The notes beneath the pieces are model-generated. The model made no database searches, had not been told where the DNA came from, and worked only from the letters and a program-made list of their open reading frames with translations. A stretch of DNA of 24,702 nt, filler included, from an uncultured bacterium (GTDB lineage Bacteria; CAYUVA01), in NCBI GenBank assembly GCA_964448115.1. It is 6 parts of 6 records of this genome, joined end to end, with 100 filler letters (N's around TTAATTAATTAA, not from the genome) between each part and the next. Parts side by side here need not be neighbours in the genome. Positions count along the whole stretch, not along the records: positions 1 to 5,512 come from CAYUVA010000077.1; positions 5,613 to 10,934 come from CAYUVA010000078.1; 4 more parts are not named here. The stretch is one strand, 5' to 3'. Shown piece by piece: positions 1-6,399 of the stretch. Every line of letters starts with the position of its first letter. The first letter of the stretch is position 1. A program made the position numbers and the translations under genes.

Positions 1-295
1 GTATTGACCCAAAGAGTCATAGACCAAGCCGATGTTGTTGAGGCTGGTGGCGATATCCTGTGGTATATCTAGCTTCCTTCTTATCTCCAGCGCCTGGTTG
101 TAATAGGAAAGCGCCTGGTCGTATTGACCCAAAGAGTCATAGACCAAGCCGATGTTGTTGAGGCTGGTGGCGATATCCTGTGGTATATCTAGCTTCCTTC
201 TTATCTCCAGCGCCTGGTTGTAATAGGAAAGCGCCTGGTCGTATTGACCCAAAGAGTCATAGACCAAGCCGATGTTGTTGAGGCTGGTGGCGATA
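1..295. repeat. Perfect 120-bp coding tandem repeat (one TPR unit each)
   Basis: 1-120 is identical to 121-240, 241-295 repeats the first 55 nt, and a diverged unit continues to about 360. Confidence 0.97.
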
Positions 296-2040
296 GACTG
301 TGGTGGAGCATCTATCTCCCCTCTTATCTCCAGCGCCTGTTTGTAATACGATAGTGCTTTCTGAAAATTTCCATAATTGCTAAGGATATATCCGAAGTTA
401 TGAAGAAACAAACCGCTATGCGCGTACTCAGATCGTTTTCCAAGCTCCTCCATCAGGGGGATCAACTCTTTTCCATAGGTAGTCTGCAATAGAATCTCCA
501 CATTGAGTACCCCAAATATACCATCGTGGACACCGCACTCGGCGCCGTGATATACCCCTTCCTCTATAGACGACCAGACCTGCGGTGTTATATCTTCATG
601 TTTTTCTATCTTGATTCTATCTTTATAGAAATTCCAGAGCTTTTTATGAATTTCAGCTATCATCTCAGGAGTTAAAAACTCTTGATTTGCCATGATGACC
701 TCGCGAAGACGATTATGCAGACTGTATTCTCCAGGATTCTTGCCAGGCTTGATGAAGGAATATTGGTTTATATTCTCGAACTTTTGTTCTGGATATTGGA
801 GGTTCAGATCATATGTCAAGCACTTGAAAATCTCATAATCATAGGTTCTTGGCACAGCTAATCGATTAAGTATGGTTTTCTCATTTTTATCCTCGATATG
901 GCGTGTGAATCTATAGTATAAGCCTTTTCCCGGCTCGCCAGCGATAGCATCTGGCAGATCTTTAGCGGTAGGCTCTTCGCCGTTTTGTATGCGTAGCTGA
1001 TCTAGGTACTCCACGCATAGATCCAACCATATCGGTATGCACTTAGTAACCTTTATTATCTGATTAATAAGCGCATCATCGGTAAGATCGCGTTTTCTTA
1101 GTGATTCTCTTGCGTCACCTTCTGGAAGTGCTTCTATCTGATATTGCTCAATAAGTTCGTCCCATTCCACACCCCAATCAAGCCGTTTCCTGCCCAGGAT
1201 TACGCAAAGTATCCTTTCGGATAACGATTCCAGCATGTCTTTCAACCATTGATCCGGAGCATAGTAAACGGGATCGTGTGCATGACCTCCTTTCTTAAAA
1301 AAATAGAGCGATTCGAGGGTATCGATGAAAAGAATTCCATATTTCTTCTTCTTCTCTAGATAATTGGAGAAATCTTCCCCGAAGAATTCAGGGAATCGTT
1401 CCCTGACATTGTGAAGCTCTGATTGCGGGAATTGTGTAATCCATGTTCTTAGGGGCTCACCGACTTCATTCCACCATGTACCGTATTTTCTATTAAGCCG
1501 GTCATAACCCTTTTTGGCAGCATTTGCGATTATAGAACCTACCTGAGGTATGGGGATGCCCCAAATATCGGCTCCAGTGGCTACCAGGTCCGCTAGCAAT
1601 CCTATCCTGGACAGCCAGGCATACTTGTCTTTCTCTGCGGTTATATCGATACCCTGAATCTTTAGATACAAGAAATAAGCGAGGTCGAATTTGTTTAGCT
1701 CTACCTTCTGCTCAACGAGATCCTTCCTCAGGTCAATCAGTGCCAGCTCCCATGTCTTGGCGTGCAGGTCGCAATCAGCCCAGACAAGTTTATTTGCCAG
1801 TTTCTTTTTCTCTTTATCTTTGTCTTTCTTCCACTTGGACAGGTTATCGACGATCTTCACGACCAGTTGCGATTTTCCGATCCCGCCATCTCCATAGAAG
1901 TAGAGGTGCTTTGGACCTTCATCATTAACCAATTTCTCCAGCTTATTGGCGAAGAGATCTATCTCGCCATTTCGGTTAGTGAAGTAGTCCAGCTTTGCGT
2001 ATATTCTCTTTGTTTTCTTTTGAGGCTTTCTTCGTTCCAT
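1..2040 (-). CDS. STAND-class P-loop NTPase (NB-ARC/AAA_16-like) with C-terminal TPR repeats; 3' end runs off the window
   Basis: Manual translation from ATG at 2040 is open to position 1 (680 codons). It begins MERRKPQKK..YFTNRNGEI and has Walker A YGDGGIGKS, Walker B GILFIDTLE, sensor ILGR, GxP-like KCIP and MHD-like YSLHNRLRE, then 40-aa TPR units QDIATSLNNIGLVYDSLGQYDQALSYYNQALEIRRKLDIP. Absent from the ORF track because there is no stop in the window. Confidence 0.9.
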   Translation of the reverse strand, partial: MERRKPQKKTKRIYAKLDYFTNRNGEIDLFANKLEKLVNDEGPKHLYFYGDGGIGKSQLVVKIVDNLSKWKKDKDKEKKKLANKLVWADCDLHAKTWELALIDLRKDLVEQKVELNKFDLAYFLYLKIQGIDITAEKDKYAWLSRIGLLADLVATGADIWGIPIPQVGSIIANAAKKGYDRLNRKYGTWWNEVGEPLRTWITQFPQSELHNVRERFPEFFGEDFSNYLEKKKKYGILFIDTLESLYFFKKGGHAHDPVYYAPDQWLKDMLESLSERILCVILGRKRLDWGVEWDELIEQYQIEALPEGDARESLRKRDLTDDALINQIIKVTKCIPIWLDLCVEYLDQLRIQNGEEPTAKDLPDAIAGEPGKGLYYRFTRHIEDKNEKTILNRLAVPRTYDYEIFKCLTYDLNLQYPEQKFENINQYSFIKPGKNPGEYSLHNRLREVIMANQEFLTPEMIAEIHKKLWNFYKDRIKIEKHEDITPQVWSSIEEGVYHGAECGVHDGIFGVLNVEILLQTTYGKELIPLMEELGKRSEYAHSGLFLHNFGYILSNYGNFQKALSYYKQALEIRGEIDAPPQSIATSLNNIGLVYDSLGQYDQALSYYNQALEIRRKLDIPQDIATSLNNIGLVYDSLGQYDQALSYYNQALEIRRKLDIPQDIATSLNNIGLVYDSLGQY

Positions 2041-2353
2041 GAAATTAAACCTGACAAGTGTAGGTTAAGTTCTGTCCGAAAACTTCTGTAATTTCGTCAT
2101 CCTAATCTTAATGTACATCATCCTATTTCCTGATGTCAATTGGTAAATTCTTCTTGGTTATGCTCTAACGAAGGATACCAGTTGTAGTATGACTGCCCAC
2201 TGAGGTTACCACTATGCTGTTCATCGCAACCAAGAGGGATGATAGCGCTGCGAGGATTGTCCATTTAAAAGGTTCAATGAAAAAAATCTGAAACATCTTT
2301 ATTCCAAAAATCATCAATGTCAATAAGAACTTAGCAATATCCTGAAAAAACAC

Positions 2354-2382
2354 TTGCATTGATAGTCGAGATTTGCTATATG
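2354..2382 (+). promoter_or_regulatory. Putative sigma70 promoter for rpmA
   Basis: TTGCAT-N17-TATATG with TG just upstream of the -10; RBS GGAGG at 2411-2415. Confidence 0.35.
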
Positions 2383-2423
2383 GTTTGCTTGCGAAAATAA
2401 CTATTAGCTCGGAGGCTAAAAAG

Positions 2424-2681
2424 ATGGCACATAAGAAGAGCGGTGGAAAAAGCAAAAACGGAAGGGATAGCTGCGGAAAGCGGCTGGGCATAAAGGTCTT
2501 CGGAGGACAAATGTGCAAGGCTGGCTCCATTCTGGTAAGGCAGCGTGGCACCAAGTACCATGCCGGGCTGAATGTCGGAGTCGGCGGAGACTATACCCTG
2601 TTTGCCAAGAGCGATGGCATCGTTGAGTTCATCCGCAGGCGCAACAACCGCAAGTATATCAATGTCATTCCCATCGAGTAA
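2424..2681 (+). CDS. rpmA: 50S ribosomal protein bL27
   Basis: [60 protein letters not shown] at 2424 follows GGAGG, so the real start is downstream of the track start at 2373. Confidence 0.97.
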   Translation: MAHKKSGGKSKNGRDSCGKRLGIKVFGGQMCKAGSILVRQRGTKYHAGLNVGVGGDYTLFAKSDGIVEFIRRRNNRKYINVIPIE

Positions 2682-2753
2682 TCGATTTCTAGCGATAATT
2701 TAAGGCATTCTTACTGCTTCTGTTGAATTAACCCCCTGACATCTGATTGGTCT

Positions 2754-4181
2754 TTATGTGCTATTAGTCTCGAATTTCTCCGTGCCATCTGCGATGGTCA
2801 TTATTTCCTTTCGAGGAGTCCCCTTTAAGATGATATCTGCTGCCTTTTGCCCCATTTGAATGCTGTGGTCAAGGTTATTGTAACGAAATAGTCCTTGCCT
2901 TCCGCAACATATAAGGCGAGGATACTCGAAAAGATACTCCCATATCTCCTCTAAAATCTCCCTGTAACCCAATGTATAAATAGGATAAGCATAATCTTCT
3001 GTTATGCTCATCGCATCCTGGACATGATCTTTTAGATTCAATCCCACCTTTCTCATGTCCGAAAGACAATGTTTCAGGAGCTCATCATCCTTCTTATGAT
3101 AGACATCATCTCTTCTATTACATGCTATTTCTGCGATGAAGGATCCTTTGCCTTCGGGCACAAGTTTCTCTGACCAGTTATGTGGTTGTTGCAGCCTGAA
3201 AAAGACAATGTCGTTCTGGGGGAAGTACATCCATGTATGTGATGTACCTATGCGGCGCTTCAGATTGATGAATAATAGACGAAGGGCACGGAATTGTAGC
3301 GATTCGGCAAGCTCTATCACCTCTCGGAATGGAACCGGAGATAAAAGACTCATCATGGCAGGTATCGGGATAGTATTTATCAAATAGTCAAACCTAAGCT
3401 TAACGCTATTGCCTTTTCGTTGATAGATAAGTACTCCGCCATCAGATTTGGACAGTTGAATCTCCTTGACCATGGATGAGGTCATCACCGAGCCGCCATG
3501 AAGCCTGATCGCCTTTGCCAGTGCATTCGGTATCATGCCGATGCCCAGTGTCGGGTAGTGGAATCCTGGGGCAAAGGTGCGAGCATTATTTTTTCTTTTC
3601 CACAGCAGTTGTCTGACCGCGCTGAATAGGGACAATCCACTTATTCTCTGTTGCGCCCAATCCGCACTGAGTTGTGAGGGAGCCACGCCCCAGAGCTTCA
3701 TGGTATATGGCTCAAAGAACATGCGGTATAGCTTCTTGCCATAGTGCTTGATCATCCAGCTTTCCAAATCAAGTTCTCTATCTTTAGGCATTCGATACAA
3801 CAAGGCAGCCTTTGCATAGCTGGTGGTCGATTTGATAAAACTGCCCAGGCTTAGCTTATTCATGATGTCAACCAGGTCGATGGGATAATTAAAGTATCGG
3901 TTCTCGAACCAGATCACGCTGTTGCGTTCTCGCCATTTAAGCGCCTCGCCGACCAGCTCAGCAACCAGGTTAAAAACAGTTGCATCTGAGGTGATAAAAC
4001 GGTGTCCGCCGATATCGTACATGTAGCCATTGAAGTTTATGGTGCGGCAAAGCCCGCCCACCTGGTCGAGTTTCTCCAGCACGGTTACCTTGCAGCCTGC
4101 CTGTGCCAGACTCAAGGCTGCACTCAGACCGGCTACTCCACCGCCAAGAACTGCTACATTTTGCTTTTTCAAGCGTTTCAC
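2754..4181 (-). CDS. FAD-dependent oxidoreductase (protoporphyrinogen oxidase / UDP-galactopyranose mutase-like family)
   Basis: Rossmann VAVLGGGVAGLSAA..VLEK..VGG, DIGGHRF, C-terminal YAYPIY and CGRQGLFRYNNLDHSIQMG; 475 aa, GTG start. Confidence 0.85.
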   Translation of the reverse strand: MKRLKKQNVAVLGGGVAGLSAALSLAQAGCKVTVLEKLDQVGGLCRTINFNGYMYDIGGHRFITSDATVFNLVAELVGEALKWRERNSVIWFENRYFNYPIDLVDIMNKLSLGSFIKSTTSYAKAALLYRMPKDRELDLESWMIKHYGKKLYRMFFEPYTMKLWGVAPSQLSADWAQQRISGLSLFSAVRQLLWKRKNNARTFAPGFHYPTLGIGMIPNALAKAIRLHGGSVMTSSMVKEIQLSKSDGGVLIYQRKGNSVKLRFDYLINTIPIPAMMSLLSPVPFREVIELAESLQFRALRLLFINLKRRIGTSHTWMYFPQNDIVFFRLQQPHNWSEKLVPEGKGSFIAEIACNRRDDVYHKKDDELLKHCLSDMRKVGLNLKDHVQDAMSITEDYAYPIYTLGYREILEEIWEYLFEYPRLICCGRQGLFRYNNLDHSIQMGQKAADIILKGTPRKEIMTIADGTEKFETNST

Positions 4182-4471
4182 TCCATCATGAAATGGTTAC
4201 ATCTATGATATCTTATTAGAACAGCCAGATCTTGGCAACTTAAGATGCAGGATTTCAGGTTCAAATCAGTTGCCAATCATTGATAAAATATCCTAACTGA
4301 ATTGAAATGATCTGCAGTAAATAACAAGGCAGGCATTAAGATGAGCATGAAAGCTAATGATCTACGAGGAGTACTGAACTTGTTTGACCCGGAATATGCC
4401 TTAACGACCAATTATTGAGGGGATACTGAAGGCACGATGTCCTAAGGTAAATAACAATTGAGCTATTTGTT

Positions 4472-4795
4472 ATGGTACAAAATATAAAAGAAAATGAAAG
4501 AAAAATCAAAAAATTGACTAGTGATCTTCCATTAGAGATTAAAGAGGAATTTGAAACCCTAAAAATCCTTATAGAACAAACGGATAAATCCATAATTGCA
4601 TTTATTATTTATAACAAACATCATATCAGGCAGAAGATTGCTGCAATATTTCAAGAAAAATATTCCTTTCACCTGGTGAATGTCGAATTAACATCGAAGA
4701 ATAAAACCCCTCTAACCTTCATCAGGATATCGCCACTAGTCTCAGCAACATCGGCGGGGTCTATTATTCCCTCGGTCAATATGAGAGGGTGCTAG
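4472..4795 (+). CDS. AT-rich hypothetical ORF, possibly the 5' part of a frameshifted gene with the downstream TPR fragment
   Basis: 107-aa ORF with no recognisable motif. Its last ~24 codons read the TPR repeat DNA out of frame. Confidence 0.3.
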   Translation: MVQNIKENERKIKKLTSDLPLEIKEEFETLKILIEQTDKSIIAFIIYNKHHIRQKIAAIFQEKYSFHLVNVELTSKNKTPLTFIRISPLVSATSAGSIIPSVNMRGC

Positions 4796-5130
4796 ATTAC
4801 TACAACCAGGCGCTGGAGATTGTAAGAGAGATAGATATCCCACAGTATAGCGCCACCAGCCTCAACAACATCGGCGAGTTATATTACGAGCAAAAAAAAT
4901 ATGATAAAGCCTTAAAATGCTTTGATGAGAGCATTGAATTAAGCAGAGGAATACAAAGTTGGTTTAAACTTGTAGGTTATCTCAGTAGGAAAGCAAAATT
5001 ACTGAATAACATAGGCAAAGTTAATGATGCCTGTTCTGCTCTGAATGAGGCGATAGAACTTGCACGAAAGATAGAGCATCCGGATTTGGAAAAACTACTT
5101 AATCTTCGCGATGAAATCGGCTGTGAATAG
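4705..5130 (+). pseudogene. Orphan C-terminal TPR fragment paralogous to the STAND-TPR gene
   Basis: Frame open from the TAA at 4702-4704 to TAG 5130. It reads QDIATSLSNIGGVYYSLGQYERVLDYYNQALEIVREIDIPQYSATSLNNIG from 4723. There is no start codon ahead of the first repeat; the track GTG at 4789 is internal to a TPR unit. Confidence 0.75.
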
Positions 5131-5171
5131 ACTTTGAAGAATGGATTTCTGCGACAAGGTTGGCATTGATA

Positions 5172-5261
5172 GGGACTGTATTCCCGCCTGCGCGGGAATG
5201 ACAGTTGGAGGGAAATGCCAGTCACTTATTTGTCATGCCCGCGCAGGCAGGCATACAGTCC
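5172..5261. repeat. Inverted pair of REP-like palindromes (TGTCATTCCCGCGCAGGCGGGAATAC type)
   Basis: 5172-5203 gggactgtattcccgcctgcgcgggaatgaca is the near reverse complement of 5231-5261 tgtcatgcccgcgcaggcaggcatacagtcc; each copy is itself a hairpin. Confidence 0.8.
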
Positions 5262-5290
5262 TTACAAATGAGGCGCATGATCAACCTATA

Positions 5291-5508
5291 TGTCATCTCG
5301 AGTTCCACACTGGCTTGCGCCAGGCTCAAAAATAAGTAACACTCCTTGGAGGTTACACATAACATTAACCTTTTCACAAAGGAGTGTTTCTGAGGAGCAA
5401 GAGAGCGTAAGCGAGCGAGTCGAGGGATCTATTCAAGGCATTGGATTTAAGTAGATTCCTCCACTCGCTTGTTCCGAATAAATCGGAACAAGCTCGGTCG
5501 GAATGACA
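5291..5508. repeat. Second REP-like element (TGTCATCTCGAG..GTCGAGGGATCT / AGATTCCTC..GGAATGACA) with an internal insertion
   Basis: TGTCAT and ATGACA termini; 11-bp stem gcttgttccga/tcggaacaagc at 5467-5493; hairpin aacactcctt/aaggagtgtt at 5338-5388; the contig ends immediately after. Confidence 0.6.
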
Positions 5509-5512
5509 TGGT

Positions 5513-5612
5513 NNNNNNNNNNNNNNNNNNNNNNNNNNNNNNNNNNNNNNNNNNNNTTAATTAATTAANNNNNNNNNNNNNNNNNNNNNNNNNNNNNNNN
5601 NNNNNNNNNNNN
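5513..5612. other. Artificial contig linker
   Basis: N-run + TTAATTAATTAA (stops in all six frames) + N-run. Confidence 0.99.
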
Positions 5613-5813
5613 TCCCCCGAAGAGTCCTGGCGCGAATGCCACCTCCACGCCCGCAACCTCCTCGGCGAGGAGGGCTACCAGCGCCTGCTTCATGAAATAG
5701 AAACCGGCGAACCCCAACCAGAATCGCGGAACCACAGCCGGGTATCTTACCCCCGCATCGGCGGTCAGGCATCCTTCCTCGAGGATGAGCAGGAATCGTT
5801 CCTTGACGATTGA
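5613..5813 (+). CDS. 3' end of a gene, possibly a large type IIG/Eco57I-like DNA methyltransferase
   Basis: Open frame SPEESWRECHLHARNLLGEEGYQRLLHEIETG..GQASFLEDEQESFLDD, TGA at 5811-5813, abutting the RBS of the next gene. The product is inferred only from recalled resemblance of EESWRECHLHARNLLG. Confidence 0.5.
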   Translation, partial: SPEESWRECHLHARNLLGEEGYQRLLHEIETGEPQPESRNHSRVSYPRIGGQASFLEDEQESFLDD

Positions 5814-5824
5814 GGAGATCCAGC

Positions 5825-6397
5825 ATGGCTCGCATATCCTATAAAAACCAGTGCCTGCAGCATTACCAGCAGAAAACGCAGGACGTTCAAAACTATTACG
5901 GCAACTTGCCAACGTTGCTGCAACACCTCGATTTTTCAGTAACCCTGGCATACATGTTCTCCCAGCTGGAATTGGGTCACCGCTGGTTGTTATACCTCGG
6001 GTTGGTGCGTCTTCACAAGCTGAATAGAAATGCATCCTGGGAGGCGATCCACGAGACATATCTAAACAAGGACGATTTCCAGAGATTTTTCCTGATAGTC
6101 TTCGGTCAAAGGATACCTAAGGCCACCATTCAGATCTGGGAAAATGCCGCAGGAATCCGCAACCGTGTCATGCATGGCCGTAACAAACCCACGCTCTCTG
6201 AACTGAAGACAGCCATAGAGCAGGTACTCGATTACTCTGAAGAGATGAACAGGTTCGTGGGTCGCATCTCCCCCGTGCGACCATTTGTTCCGGATCGCCG
6301 TGGGCTGTTGGCTGGTCAGAAGGCACACCTGGAAAACACCAGCAAGTGGGTTCTAAAGGGAATGGGGTTCACTTCATCTCCAAGAAATGGGATTTGA
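5825..6397 (+). CDS. Putative HEPN-domain protein (RNase effector)
   Basis: GAGGAG RBS at 5812-5817, ATG 5825; predicted all-helical 190 aa with an Rx4H motif (IRNRVMHG) and an upstream E (FSQLE). Confidence 0.7.
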   Translation: MARISYKNQCLQHYQQKTQDVQNYYGNLPTLLQHLDFSVTLAYMFSQLELGHRWLLYLGLVRLHKLNRNASWEAIHETYLNKDDFQRFFLIVFGQRIPKATIQIWENAAGIRNRVMHGRNKPTLSELKTAIEQVLDYSEEMNRFVGRISPVRPFVPDRRGLLAGQKAHLENTSKWVLKGMGFTSSPRNGI

Positions 6398-6399
6398 TC

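Noticed and set aside
1-295. 120-bp repeats as a CRISPR array for the Cas1 module
   Set aside because: Contiguous units with no unique spacers, in-frame TPR coding, and on a different contig.
1691-2554. Track ORFs 1691-1897, 1740-1928, 1762-2091, 2165-2554 and 2376-2561
   Set aside because: Antisense to the STAND gene or rpmA, with no recognisable motifs.
4232-4276. TTGGCAACT/AGTTGCCAA inverted repeat as a sigma54 promoter
   Set aside because: GG to GC spacing is 11 rather than 10, and a 9-bp IR alone is too weak to call.
4700-4712. Programmed -1 frameshift joining ORF 4472 to the TPR frame
   Set aside because: AAT AAA ACC CCT does not fit X XXY YYZ in the required frame; mutation or sequencing error is more likely.
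4723-4842. TPR repeat pair as DGR template and variable repeats
   Set aside because: Differences are mostly synonymous and not confined to adenines, and there is no DGR-type RT on this contig.
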